Source of the DNA: Bacteroidales bacterium
Lineage (GTDB): Bacteria; Bacteroidota; Bacteroidia; Bacteroidales; UBA3824
DNA: 64,000 nucleotides
Direction of reading: 5' to 3'
NCBI GenBank assembly: GCA_017535325.1
Contig: JAFXUC010000133.1
Location: 33,377 to 97,376, forward strand
The stretch's first letter is position 1; every line of letters starts with the position of its first letter. The position numbers were made by a program, and so were the translations under genes. This document shows positions 1 through 9,392 of the stretch, one piece after another. A model generated the notes under the pieces. The model did not search any database and was not told the origin of the DNA. It saw only the letters and a program-made list of their open reading frames with translations.

Positions 1-128
1 ATCAAATCATACTGCGCGTGAGGCGTAAAAACAAGGTTCTCATAACCTCTCCTTTTCAACGCCCTACAAATCGCACTGCCAACCAACCCACGGTTGCCGG
101 CTACATATATTTTACTGTCTTTGTTCAT
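1..128 (-). CDS. fcl: GDP-L-fucose synthase, N-terminal 42 codons only (runs off the window edge)
   Basis: Own translation from ATG (complement of 126-128): MNKDSKIYVAGNRGLVGSAICRALKRRGYENLVFTPHAQYDL, a Rossmann N-terminus typical of Fcl/WcaG. It lies directly downstream of gmd. Confidence 0.7.
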   Translation of the reverse strand, partial: MNKDSKIYVAGNRGLVGSAICRALKRRGYENLVFTPHAQYDL

Positions 129-143
129 TTTTTTTGTTTTTTT

Positions 144-165
144 CTTCCTTTTTAAAAAAAGGAAG
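144..165. repeat. AT-rich palindrome CTTCCTTTTT/AAAAAGGAAG in the gmd-fcl spacer
   Basis: Read directly; the arms are reverse complements. Confidence 0.6.
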
Positions 166-182
166 CGAAAAACTTTTAAGAG

Positions 183-241
183 CGCGCTTCGCGCGGAGTT
201 ATTTATGTATGAGTTACGTCCGCCACTCCGCGCGAAGCGCG
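183..241. repeat. GC-rich inverted repeat with 17-bp perfect arms and a 25-nt spacer
   Basis: CGCGCTTCGCGCGGAGT (183-199) is the exact reverse complement of ACTCCGCGCGAAGCGCG (225-241). Each arm also contains a GCGCG-CTT-CGCGC mini-palindrome. Confidence 0.85.
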
Positions 242-258
242 AATATAAAAATTTTCCG

Positions 259-280
259 GTTCCCTTTTTTAAAAGGGAAC
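259..280 (-). terminator. Palindrome GTTCCCTTTT/AAAAGGGAAC just 3' of the gmd stop
   Basis: Perfect inverted repeat 6 nt beyond the gmd stop codon. T/A runs flank it, but the U-tract on the minus strand is weak. Confidence 0.4.
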
Positions 281-285
281 AAAAT

Positions 286-1416
286 CTATTCAAAATAATT
301 TAAAATCTTAAACCCTCCCTCTGCCAAATATCTGTCTTTCTTCATGATTTTGAGGTCAGACTGAACCATTTCGGCGGCGAGTTTTTGAAGGTCGTATTCG
401 GGTTTCCAGCCGAGCACGGTGCGTGCTTTTGTGGAGTCGCCGATTAGCAAATCCACTTCTGTCGGACGGAAATACGCCGGATCAACTTTGACTAAAACGT
501 CGCCTATTTTTACGTGCTGTTTGATGTCGCGGAATTTTTTATTGTCTGAAACTGCGGCTACGACACCAATTTCGTTAACGCCTTCGCCTTGAAATTCAAG
601 CGTTACGCCCGTCTCTTGAAACGCCATTTTAACAAAATCCCTGACTGTTGTCGTTACGCCGGTTGAAATCACAAAATCGTCAGGCTCAGAGTGTTGAAGA
701 ATCATCCACATGGCTTTGACGTAATCTTTTGCGTGTCCCCAGTCGCGTTTTGAGGAGAGGTTGCCTAGGTAAAGACATTTCTGCATTCCGAGGGCGATTT
801 TTGCGGCTGCGCGGGTGATTTTGCGTGTTACGAATGTTTCTCCGCGAATCGGGGATTCATGGTTGAAGAGGATACCGTTTGATGCAAAAATTCCGTAAGC
901 CTCTCTGTAATTGACCATTATCCAATAGGCGTAAAGTTTTGCTGCGGCGTAAGGGCTTCGCGGATAGAAAGGTGTTTTTTCTTTTTGCGGCACTGCCTGA
1001 ACTTTTCCAAAAAGTTCCGACGTTGAAGCCTGATAAATCTTCGTTTTTTTCTCCAAACCGAGGATTCTTATCGCCTCCAAAAGTCTTAACGTTCCCAAAC
1101 CGTCGGCGTTTGCCGTGTATTCGGGCGTGTCGAAACTTACCGCAACATGGCTCATCGCCGCGAGGTTGTAAATTTCGTCCGGCTGAACCTCCTGAACGAT
1201 GCGGATAAGGTTCGTTGAGTCGGTCAAGTCGCCGTAATGAAGTTGAAACGTTCTGTTTTCTTCGTGCGGGTCTTGATAAAGGTGGTCGATTCTGTCGGTG
1301 TTGAAAAGCGACGAACGCCTTTTAACGCCGTGAACCATATAACCTTTTTTTATTAAAAATTCGGCTAAGTACGCGCCGTCTTGACCGGTAATGCCGGTGA
1401 TTAATGCTGTCTTCAT
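286..1416 (-). CDS. gmd: GDP-mannose 4,6-dehydratase
   Basis: 376 aa. N-terminus [21 protein letters not shown] and full-length resemblance to Gmd (short-chain dehydrogenase fold, YxxxK region). Confidence 0.95.
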   Translation of the reverse strand: MKTALITGITGQDGAYLAEFLIKKGYMVHGVKRRSSLFNTDRIDHLYQDPHEENRTFQLHYGDLTDSTNLIRIVQEVQPDEIYNLAAMSHVAVSFDTPEYTANADGLGTLRLLEAIRILGLEKKTKIYQASTSELFGKVQAVPQKEKTPFYPRSPYAAAKLYAYWIMVNYREAYGIFASNGILFNHESPIRGETFVTRKITRAAAKIALGMQKCLYLGNLSSKRDWGHAKDYVKAMWMILQHSEPDDFVISTGVTTTVRDFVKMAFQETGVTLEFQGEGVNEIGVVAAVSDNKKFRDIKQHVKIGDVLVKVDPAYFRPTEVDLLIGDSTKARTVLGWKPEYDLQKLAAEMVQSDLKIMKKDRYLAEGGFKILNYFE

Positions 1417-1451
1417 AGCGTAATATTTTTTGCAAAGTTATTGATATTTTC

Positions 1452-1459
1452 TAATTTTG
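1452..1459 (+). promoter_or_regulatory. Bacteroidota -7 box TAATTTTG
   Basis: Matches TAnnTTTG, 19 nt upstream of the ATG at 1478. Confidence 0.45.
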
Positions 1460-1477
1460 CAAAACACTTTTTTGAAA

Positions 1478-2659
1478 ATGAGACGATTTTTTGTACTTTT
1501 TTTTGCACTAACGGTTTTGAGTGTCAACGCACAAAATTTTAGAGTTGAAATATTAAATTCTGCGGACGAAATAAAACTTTGTCCATTAGATGATTATATA
1601 TTTAGAGTTAAAGCACTTTTTAACGAGGAAGAAGTTGAGGCAAAGTTCAGTTGGGACTTTGCAGAAGGTAGTATTTTTACTACAAACGAACCTTTTTATG
1701 AGTACAGATATAAAACTGGCGGTACTTATAAAATTTCTGTTAAAGCGGACTACGGAGATTATTCTGCAACAGCCTATCAAGACGTAATTGTTGGAATAAA
1801 ACCTTCTTTCCGTGAATTTTTTGCTGATAAAAACAATATCTGTCTTGGAGAAAAAATCACTTTAAGTATGCCTGTAAAAGATTCTGTAACAGAAGGCTTT
1901 ACTGCTGAATATGATTTGCGCCGTGCTGTCTGGTCTGGACGCGGCGTTTCGGCGACAAAAGAAGGTGTGGCAGAATGTACGCCGCCCGAATACGGCACTA
2001 CAAGATATGTATTTATGATTGCGGACGGTTTTGGCTGTTATTATGACACGGCGGTTTTTGCGGAGGTTGAAAAGCCGGTTTTTCAAGGCGCAACCGAGCC
2101 GACTGTTTTTATCGGTGACGAGATAAATTTTGAGTCCCAAACCTCTTGGGCGAGGTCTTTTACGTGGGATTTTGGTGACAAAACCCCGAAAGAAAACTCC
2201 AATGCCGCGCCGCACGCTTATTACGAGCAGGGCATTTATCAGGTCATTTTTGAAGGCGTTTCTGAGACGGGCTGTGCTGACAGAGACACTCAGACCGTCA
2301 AAATCGTTCCGAGACCTTTGGAGGTGAAAGAAGTAAACATTTTTACGCCTAACGGGGACGGTCAAAACGATGTTTTCACTTTTTTCAACCCGGAAGATTC
2401 TTTCTTAAAAAGCGGCGGTCTGACAAAAATGCCGGCAAATATCCGCTCAATCAAGGGCAAGATTTACAACTCCTTTGGACAGACGGTTTATAAATGGAAC
2501 GAGGTTGAAGCGGCGGTTTTCGGCTGGGACGGCACTATCGACAACAAAGGCAGCCGCGACTGTCCGCCGGGAACGTATTTTTACGACATTATTGTCTTCG
2601 GCAAAGACGGCAATTCGCTGAAACGCTCAGGCACTATATTTTTATACAGAAGCAAATGA
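1478..2659 (+). CDS. Secreted PKD-repeat protein with T9SS type-B C-terminal sorting domain
   Basis: Signal peptide MRRFFVLFFALTVLSVNAQ. Two PKD-like repeats (FSWDFAEGS.., FTWDFGDKT..). C-terminal hallmark IFTPNGDGQNDVF of the gliding-motility-associated CTD. The ATG at 1478 is preferred over the TTG at 1457. Confidence 0.8.
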   Translation: MRRFFVLFFALTVLSVNAQNFRVEILNSADEIKLCPLDDYIFRVKALFNEEEVEAKFSWDFAEGSIFTTNEPFYEYRYKTGGTYKISVKADYGDYSATAYQDVIVGIKPSFREFFADKNNICLGEKITLSMPVKDSVTEGFTAEYDLRRAVWSGRGVSATKEGVAECTPPEYGTTRYVFMIADGFGCYYDTAVFAEVEKPVFQGATEPTVFIGDEINFESQTSWARSFTWDFGDKTPKENSNAAPHAYYEQGIYQVIFEGVSETGCADRDTQTVKIVPRPLEVKEVNIFTPNGDGQNDVFTFFNPEDSFLKSGGLTKMPANIRSIKGKIYNSFGQTVYKWNEVEAAVFGWDGTIDNKGSRDCPPGTYFYDIIVFGKDGNSLKRSGTIFLYRSK

Positions 2660-4050
2660 AGATTTTGAACTCGAAAAAAATGCACGAACTTGACGCTCTT
2701 ACGATGGAGCGTCAGGGGCTCAGTCCTTCTGAGTTGATGGAACGCGCATCAGAAAAACTGACTGCGGAAATTGTCAAAATTGTCCCCGTGGAAAGCCGCA
2801 TAAAAATTTTCTGCGGCTCAGGCAACAACGGCGGCGACGGTCTTTGCATTGCGCGTATGCTTTACAATCAGGGCTACGATTACGTTACGGCGTACAAGGT
2901 GAAAGATTTTGCTGCCGAAGACGACTTTCCTGAAATTTCGCCGGACGATATTGTTGTTGACGCGGTCTTCGGCACAGGTCTTAACCGTGAAATCACGGGA
3001 TTGTTGGCAAAATTGGTTGAAAAAATCAATATTTCAGGCGCGAGGGTCATTGCTGTTGACATTCCGTCGGGACTGTCGGATTTTGCCATATTGCCGCAAA
3101 CCGTCATAAAAGCGGACACAACACTGAAAATTCACACGCCTGCTGTTTCAATGCTTTTACCTGAAAACGAGTATATTGTCGGTGAATTAAAGATTGTTGG
3201 CATTGGTTTGGAAAGTGCGGAAAATTTTGACAGTCCGTACAATTTTTTAACTCAGGGCGAGGTAAAAAAAATGCTGAAACCGCGTAAAATATTCTCTCAC
3301 AAAGGCACTTTCGGACATTCGCTTTTGATAGCGGGGGAATATTTAAAAGGCGGTGCGGCGGTTTTGTGTGCGCGGGCGTGTCATAGGGCAGGGGCGGGCT
3401 TGGTAACGGTTCACACGGACGAAAAACTCGTTAACATTCTTCAAACCGCAACACCTGAAACGATGCTTTCTGTCGGTAAACAACCTGATTTAGAAAAGTT
3501 TACGGTTGTTGGTATCGGTCCGGGAATCGGTCAGTCCTGCGCCGCTGAGGAACTTGTCAAAAAGGTTTTATCGTCAGGACGTCCGGCGGTTTTTGATGCG
3601 GACGCTTTGAATATTATCGCGGCGAAAAAACTTCATGGTTTAATACCCGAAAACTCTGTTTTAACGCCTCATGTCAAGGAGTTTGAGCGGTTGTTCGGGA
3701 AGACTGCAAATTCGTTTGAGCGGCTTGAACTTTTGCGCCAAAAAGCCTCAGATTTGAAATGTGTCATTGTCTTAAAAGGCGCGTATTCTCAGATTGCAAC
3801 GCCGGAAGGCGAAGTGTTTTTTAATTCGACGGGTAATCCGGGCATGGCGACGGCGGGCAGCGGCGATGTTTTAACGGGGATTATTACCGGGCTTTTGTCG
3901 CAAAAATATAACTCAGTTGACGCGGCAAAAATTGGAGTTTTTGTTCACGGACTTTCTGGAGATTTGGCAGCGGAGAAAAAAGGCTGTCAGGGATTGATTG
4001 CCAGCGATATAATCGAAATGATACCTCTTGCTCTGAAAAAAATAGCATAA
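2656..4050 (+). CDS. nnr: Bifunctional NAD(P)H-hydrate repair enzyme (epimerase + ADP-dependent dehydratase)
   Basis: 464 aa with YjeF_N (GSGNNGGDG) plus a carbohydrate-kinase-like C-terminal half (GSGDVLTG). Its ATGA start overlaps the upstream stop. Confidence 0.9.
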   Translation: MKILNSKKMHELDALTMERQGLSPSELMERASEKLTAEIVKIVPVESRIKIFCGSGNNGGDGLCIARMLYNQGYDYVTAYKVKDFAAEDDFPEISPDDIVVDAVFGTGLNREITGLLAKLVEKINISGARVIAVDIPSGLSDFAILPQTVIKADTTLKIHTPAVSMLLPENEYIVGELKIVGIGLESAENFDSPYNFLTQGEVKKMLKPRKIFSHKGTFGHSLLIAGEYLKGGAAVLCARACHRAGAGLVTVHTDEKLVNILQTATPETMLSVGKQPDLEKFTVVGIGPGIGQSCAAEELVKKVLSSGRPAVFDADALNIIAAKKLHGLIPENSVLTPHVKEFERLFGKTANSFERLELLRQKASDLKCVIVLKGAYSQIATPEGEVFFNSTGNPGMATAGSGDVLTGIITGLLSQKYNSVDAAKIGVFVHGLSGDLAAEKKGCQGLIASDIIEMIPLALKKIA

Positions 4051-4079
4051 AAAAAACGGCTCTTCTGAGCCGTTTTTTT
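4049..4079. terminator. Bidirectional rho-independent terminator between nnr and gldN
   Basis: A8-CGGCTC-ttct-GAGCCG-T7. Confidence 0.75.
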
Positions 4080-4089
4080 ATGCAGTTTG

Positions 4090-4947
4090 TTAATATTCCC
4101 AAAGGTCTTGCTCGAAATTGAAGATTGTTTCTTTAATTCTTTCTGCTTCAAGCAGAGCTTCCTGTCCTGTTGTGTATGCTTCAATCATACGGTTGTTATA
4201 TACGTTGGATTCCTGAATAATATAACTTGAAAAATATCTCTTTTCAAAAATATCCTCAAAATTCAAACGTGCCGCATCGTTTTGAAGGTTGAAACACTCA
4301 GCGTTGGAGAGGATTTTCCTTGCTTCCGGATAATAAATCCAGAATGCCTGTTTTTTCTGGGGAATACCGCCTTCTTCTTCACCCTCTCTTGCGAACAGAC
4401 GGATAGGACAAATTCCGATGATTCTTACTTCAAGAACAGAACGCTGTTTGTCAAAAAACCAAAGTTCTTTGAGCATATAAGCCTTTACTTCGTTGCTGTG
4501 ATAAGGTTCGTCAATGATTTTCATTTCGGTACCTTCGCCGTCAAGGGTTTCAACTTCCTGCTGCTTGGTCATCGCACCCATTCTTGAATGAACTTCTTTT
4601 TCGGTGATAATGTTGGAAAATTCATCGGTCATATCGGGGTTGTATGCCGTAAGACCTTGTGTGTGAATGCCTTCCAAAAGTACATCAATCAAACTCATTC
4701 GCCCGTCTTGCGGAGTAGTCGGATAATAGAGGTGCTGATTGGCCTTTTCTGAAAGTTCTATCCAACGCCAAACAATTTTTGACCACATAACGTCCGCTTC
4801 CCTGACATATTGGAACGGTACAGGTTTGCGGTTTATGGTATGGATTTTTTCATACGGGAGACCGAGCAGAACCTGTGCATGAGTTTTCGCTGCATCAAAA
4901 CATTGCATAACGGCTGCAACAGCCATTAATAACAGAATCTTTTTCAT
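4090..4947 (-). CDS. gldN: Gliding motility / T9SS protein GldN (PorN)
   Basis: Signal peptide, then READVMWSKIVWRWIELSEKANQHLYYP and SLIDVLLEGI blocks typical of GldN. Last gene of the gldLMN run. The ATG at 4947 is preferred over the TTG at 4959. Confidence 0.9.
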   Translation of the reverse strand: MKKILLLMAVAAVMQCFDAAKTHAQVLLGLPYEKIHTINRKPVPFQYVREADVMWSKIVWRWIELSEKANQHLYYPTTPQDGRMSLIDVLLEGIHTQGLTAYNPDMTDEFSNIITEKEVHSRMGAMTKQQEVETLDGEGTEMKIIDEPYHSNEVKAYMLKELWFFDKQRSVLEVRIIGICPIRLFAREGEEEGGIPQKKQAFWIYYPEARKILSNAECFNLQNDAARLNFEDIFEKRYFSSYIIQESNVYNNRMIEAYTTGQEALLEAERIKETIFNFEQDLWEY

Positions 4948-4980
4948 AATTATCTTCAAATAAAAATTTTTACAAATAAA

Positions 4981-5023
4981 AAAAGAGTTTTAATAAAACC
5001 CATTGTATTATTAAAACTCTTTT
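4981..5023. promoter_or_regulatory. 16-bp perfect-stem hairpin in the gldM-gldN spacer
   Basis: AAAAGAGTTTTAATAA (4981-4996) is the exact reverse complement of TTATTAAAACTCTTTT (5008-5023), with an 11-nt loop. T-runs occur on both strands. Confidence 0.5.
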
Positions 5024-5064
5024 TTTAAAAGATTATTGTCTTTGAAAGACTATTTTTTGCAAAA

Positions 5065-6777
5065 TTATTTCAGTTTCAATACGATTGCACCCAAATCACG
5101 TACAGAGCCGTCAGGACCTTTTGCTTTAATATCCTCGATATAAAGTTTGCTTCCTGCGGGAGCCTGATTGATAATTGTTTTTTGCTGTGCGCTGAATGCA
5201 GGACCTGTACTTGTAGCGTCCTGAACGAAACCTTTAATTGTTGCAGAAACCTTGAAACCGGTAACTTGGAATTTCATATCGAAGTCAAAGTTTTCAAGTT
5301 CGGCTTTAACGCCGGCTGATGCTGCGAGCATTGCTTTTGAAACTGTACCGCCTTTACCCCAAGCCTCTTTTGTAGTAACAGATGCTCTCGGGTCCGGAAC
5401 ACGTTTTACACGGAACTCTCTTGTACCGAGGTTTTTGGTCTGACCGTCAACGCTTGCCGTAACGGTAACTTTTGCGGTACCGGGAGTTTTAACAATTGCG
5501 TTGTATGCACCTACGCCGCTGCCCTTGCTTACAGTACCCTGCGAAATCGAAACGTGAAGTTTTTCAGAGTTGTAACCCGAAGCAGTTACCTCCAACGGGT
5601 TCGGAACGCCGATGTAGAGAACGTTCATCTTGGTCGGAGATACTGACAAAGATGACTGTCCAACCTCATATTCGCCTTTGAAAGGATATTCCTTGGTTTC
5701 GCCGGTAGACTTGTTGAGAAGTTTGATAACGCCGCCGAAAGTCTTAACGCCTACCGAACCGGTAGAACCGTTATACTTGCCGACACCTTTTTCTACTTTC
5801 AACGGGCTGCCGCCTACGAGAATTTCAGGATTCTGTGTAGAGTCGTATGCTGCGATAAACACGTCAGCCTTGTAAGGCTCGTTTACGAGTACGTAACTGC
5901 TCGTGGTCGGGCTTACGACAGCACGGATTGCGTTGAATTTCATATCGGTTTTGCCGATCTGTCCCAAAAGATAACTCAAAACGCTTGACTCGGTGTTTCT
6001 TACGTCGGCCTGCATTTTGGTCATAAGGGTAAGAACGCCGGCTGCGGGCAAATGCTCGAAGTTAGACACGTCCCAATCAATTGAGTCGATGTCGTCGCTT
6101 TCAGATTTCATTCTCGCCGTAGAAAGAAGTTCGTTCAAACTTGCAATGAGAGCCTCTTTCGACTTCTGAGAAGCCGCACTGTTGTCAGTTGCTTTGTTAA
6201 CGATGTCAATAAGGGTGTTTTTGTAACCTTCGCGTCCTGCTGCGATTACCTTGCCCTGTCCTTTCGTAATGAAAATCTCGCCTCCGACGTTGTTGTCGTC
6301 TTTCTTGGAAACGAGGTCGTCAATGTCAACAAGTTTCGGGTCTGCCGCCTCGGGCTTGTCAGCTGCCCATTTGTCGCGCAGAGCCTTTTCTATTTCCTCA
6401 TCTTTTGCGTCGGAAGCCTCACTGTAAGGAGCGGTGTAATCATTTTCACCGTATACTCCTTCAAGCGTTCCCACCAACGCCAATTTGTAGTGCTGGATTT
6501 CTTTGTATGCTTTGTCTGCCGCTGCTGCCGCCTCTATTGCAAGGTCGTTGTACTTTTTGGTACCGGCGGGGTTGTTGGTCATAGCCTTTGCAAACTCAGT
6601 CTGCGTGCTTTCGATGACACCCTCCGTAATGGTGTTTGTTTTTCTCAAACTGCCGTCGACCAATGTAAATGCGGTAAGAATTTCAGCAGACACGTTCAAA
6701 GCCAACAGCGCAGTATAGAACAGGTACATCATACCTATCATCGCCTGCCTTGGGGTCTCTTTTCCTCCTCCACTCAT
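5065..6777 (-). CDS. gldM: Gliding motility / T9SS protein GldM (PorM)
   Basis: 570 aa. N-terminus MSGGGKETPRQAMIGMMYLFYTALLALNVSAEIL matches the conserved GldM N-terminal TM/motor segment. Confidence 0.9.
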   Translation of the reverse strand: MSGGGKETPRQAMIGMMYLFYTALLALNVSAEILTAFTLVDGSLRKTNTITEGVIESTQTEFAKAMTNNPAGTKKYNDLAIEAAAAADKAYKEIQHYKLALVGTLEGVYGENDYTAPYSEASDAKDEEIEKALRDKWAADKPEAADPKLVDIDDLVSKKDDNNVGGEIFITKGQGKVIAAGREGYKNTLIDIVNKATDNSAASQKSKEALIASLNELLSTARMKSESDDIDSIDWDVSNFEHLPAAGVLTLMTKMQADVRNTESSVLSYLLGQIGKTDMKFNAIRAVVSPTTSSYVLVNEPYKADVFIAAYDSTQNPEILVGGSPLKVEKGVGKYNGSTGSVGVKTFGGVIKLLNKSTGETKEYPFKGEYEVGQSSLSVSPTKMNVLYIGVPNPLEVTASGYNSEKLHVSISQGTVSKGSGVGAYNAIVKTPGTAKVTVTASVDGQTKNLGTREFRVKRVPDPRASVTTKEAWGKGGTVSKAMLAASAGVKAELENFDFDMKFQVTGFKVSATIKGFVQDATSTGPAFSAQQKTIINQAPAGSKLYIEDIKAKGPDGSVRDLGAIVLKLK

Positions 6778-6825
6778 AGTGTCTTAAATAATTTGAAATT
6801 TTTAATTTTGTTTAACTGTTAAAAA

Positions 6826-7740
6826 TTAGCTTACTTTTACGTTCAAAGCAGTAAGCATGTTGCCGTAAACGGTGTTGAGTGCCTGAAGATTCTTGCTGAG
6901 TTTTGTAACCTCGGTAGAATACTGTTTTGCACCCGTTACGGATTCTTTCAAACCTGCAATCATAGTGTCGAAATCGATTTCCTGCAACTGGATCTCGAAT
7001 ACGCCGTTGATTGCTTTAAGATTACCGTTGAGTGTTTTGATATTGTTGCTGTATTCTTTGTTACCTTCGGTAAGAGCGGTGAAGTCGAGATCTTTGATGC
7101 CCGAGAACTTGCTCTGAACGTTGCCAAGAGTGTTAGACAAGTCATCAGCCGAAGAGTTGATTGAAGATACTGCGTTGGATGCAGAATTAAGACTGTCGGT
7201 AAAGGATTTTGCTGCAACTGCCGAATTAGCAACAGAAGCCATACCTTTAACGTTTTCGGTGAAGTCTGCAAATGAGTTACCGAGTTTGTCGAAGAAGTTT
7301 CCTTTGTCGCTTGATTTCTCCAACATTTCGTTGAATTTGGCGAGTGCCGTACCGTCTGTTTGTGCAACGGCTGCTTTTTTAGCAACAGGAGCAGAGCCTT
7401 CTCCGTAGAAGTTGTAGGGAGAACGGCTAACGTCAATTTCACCCGTTTCTTCGTTGAAACGTGCTACGGGAGCGTCATTGTTATAAACTTTCTCCTCAAT
7501 TTCCTCACCGATCAAAAGCTCGGGGAAAAGATTGTGCCAGTGATATTCAACAGGCAGCGGAGCAAATGCCGTAATGGTAAAGATTGCAGCCTCTGTCAAA
7601 AGGCCGACCATCAACATGACGGATGCACCGGGATAGTGCTGGATTTTAAACAACGCGCCGACAATAACGACGGCAGCACCAAGCGAGTTTACCTTCTGGA
7701 AAATCTTCGCGAATTTTTTGGTTTTGTTAAATGCTACCAT
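6826..7740 (-). CDS. gldL: Gliding motility / T9SS protein GldL (PorL)
   Basis: 304 aa. N-terminal two-TM segment GAAVVIVGALFKIQHYPGASVMLMVGLLTEAAIF is typical of GldL. It lies directly upstream of gldM. Confidence 0.9.
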   Translation of the reverse strand: MVAFNKTKKFAKIFQKVNSLGAAVVIVGALFKIQHYPGASVMLMVGLLTEAAIFTITAFAPLPVEYHWHNLFPELLIGEEIEEKVYNNDAPVARFNEETGEIDVSRSPYNFYGEGSAPVAKKAAVAQTDGTALAKFNEMLEKSSDKGNFFDKLGNSFADFTENVKGMASVANSAVAAKSFTDSLNSASNAVSSINSSADDLSNTLGNVQSKFSGIKDLDFTALTEGNKEYSNNIKTLNGNLKAINGVFEIQLQEIDFDTMIAGLKESVTGAKQYSTEVTKLSKNLQALNTVYGNMLTALNVKVS

Positions 7741-7943
7741 AATATAACTTTTAGTTTAATTTAAAAATGTAAATTATTGTTTATTAATTGTTTACACAAC
7801 TATTAACATTTTCGTCAAATTTCGTGCAAAACTACATTCATTTGACCGGCTAAAATTATATATCTTTTTTTTAAAAAAAAAATTTTTTTCTTTTTTTTTC
7901 TTAAAAATCTTTAAACCTTTATAATTGGTTTCTTAATAATTTC

Positions 7944-7951
7944 TACTTTTG
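7944..7951 (+). promoter_or_regulatory. -7 box TACTTTTG
   Basis: TAnnTTTG, 12 nt upstream of the radA ATG. Confidence 0.45.
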
Positions 7952-7963
7952 CACACCTTTTAA

Positions 7964-9349
7964 ATGTATATACATAAAATGGCATCACAAAAAACTGTTT
8001 ATATATGTCAGCAGTGCGGGGCTACTTCTCCGAAATGGGTCGGAAAATGCCCTTACTGCAATTCTTGGAACTCTTATACCGAGGAAATTATCGGCGCAAA
8101 AGATCTTAAACCTTCGGGCGCAGTATCTAAAAGCGTTATTTCAAATAAGGCTAAAAAACTCTCTGAAATTCAGACGAATGACGTGTTAAGAATTGATACT
8201 TTGAACGGCGAGTTCAACAGGGTTTTGGGCGGAGGAATAGTTCCCGGTTCTGTGGTTTTGATTGGCGGCGAACCCGGTATCGGAAAGTCAACGCTTATGC
8301 TTCAAATCGCACTCAACATTTCTCAGAAAACTCTTTACGTCTCAGGCGAGGAAAGCGCATCGCAGATAAAACTCCGCGCCGACAGACTTGCTTCAAAATC
8401 TGACAACTGTCTGATTCTTTGCGAAGTAACCGTCGAAAACATAATCCCTCACATAAAAGAAAACAATCCCGGACTTGTCATAATAGACTCCATTCAGACT
8501 TTGAGAACCGACAACGTGGAATCTTCGCCCGGAACTATAACGCAAATCCGCGAATGTGCCGACCTTTTGATCCGTCATGCGAAAGAATTTAACGTTCCGA
8601 TAATTTTAATCGGTCATATCAACAAGGACGGAAACATCGCAGGTCCGAAAATCCTCGAACACATGGTTGATACTGTACTTCAATTCGAGGGGGATTCGAG
8701 CCACGTTTACAGAGTGTTGCGCGGAATAAAAAACCGTTTCGGCACGACTTCGGAAGTCGGAATTTTTGAAATGCTTCAAAACGGACTGCGCGAGGTCAGC
8801 AATCCGGGCGAACTGCTTCTTCTTCACCACGACAAGGACACTTCGGGCGTAACGATTGCGGCGGCTGTTGAAGGTTTGAGACCGTTTTTGATTGAGGTTC
8901 AGGCACTTGTATCAACGGCGGCTTACGGTATGCCGCAGCGCAGCACAACGGGATTCGACGCAAAACGTCTGAATATGCTTTTGGCGGTTTTGGAACGCAG
9001 GGCGGGATTCCGTCTTAACACCAAGGACGTTTTTCTTAACATTGCCGGCGGAATCAAAATCAATGACCCCGCAATGGATTTGGCGGTTTTGGTCGCCGTT
9101 TTGTCAAGCGATTTGGATATTGCCATCGACACAAGGACGTGTTTTGCGGGCGAAGTCGGCTTAACGGGCGAAATCCGTCCCGTCAACCGCGTGGAACAGA
9201 GAATTACAGAGGCTGAAAAACTCGGTTTCAGACGGATAATCATCTCGCAGTCCCACCAGAAAAACGTCGCGATTATGAAAACTCAAATAGAAGTCATACT
9301 TTGTAACAAAATCGACGAGGTTTTCAGGATTTTGTTCGCAAAAAAATGA
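7964..9349 (+). CDS. radA: DNA repair protein RadA
   Basis: N-terminal zinc finger CQQCG..CPYC, Walker A GEPGIGKST, KNRFG motif, and a Lon-like C-terminal domain. Confidence 0.95.
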   Translation: MYIHKMASQKTVYICQQCGATSPKWVGKCPYCNSWNSYTEEIIGAKDLKPSGAVSKSVISNKAKKLSEIQTNDVLRIDTLNGEFNRVLGGGIVPGSVVLIGGEPGIGKSTLMLQIALNISQKTLYVSGEESASQIKLRADRLASKSDNCLILCEVTVENIIPHIKENNPGLVIIDSIQTLRTDNVESSPGTITQIRECADLLIRHAKEFNVPIILIGHINKDGNIAGPKILEHMVDTVLQFEGDSSHVYRVLRGIKNRFGTTSEVGIFEMLQNGLREVSNPGELLLLHHDKDTSGVTIAAAVEGLRPFLIEVQALVSTAAYGMPQRSTTGFDAKRLNMLLAVLERRAGFRLNTKDVFLNIAGGIKINDPAMDLAVLVAVLSSDLDIAIDTRTCFAGEVGLTGEIRPVNRVEQRITEAEKLGFRRIIISQSHQKNVAIMKTQIEVILCNKIDEVFRILFAKK

Positions 9350-9380
9350 GGAAAAAGTTTGCAGGTTTGAAAAAAGTGCC

Positions 9381-9388
9381 TATCTTTG
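9381..9388 (+). promoter_or_regulatory. -7 box TATCTTTG
   Basis: TAnnTTTG about 140 nt upstream of the metK ATG, which implies a long leader. Confidence 0.45.
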
Positions 9389-9392
9389 CGCC

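Noticed and set aside
94-303. A 69-aa plus-strand ORF in the gmd-fcl spacer.
   Set aside because: It spans the palindromic repeats and overlaps the gmd 3' end. Its Phe/Lys-rich translation reflects T/A runs. There is no start context.
6893-7764. Several 74-160 aa ORFs on both strands inside gldL (for example 6960-7442 on the minus strand and 7360-7764 on the plus strand).
   Set aside because: They are alternative frames of a confidently identified gene, and their products are Ser/Thr/Leu-rich low-complexity sequences.
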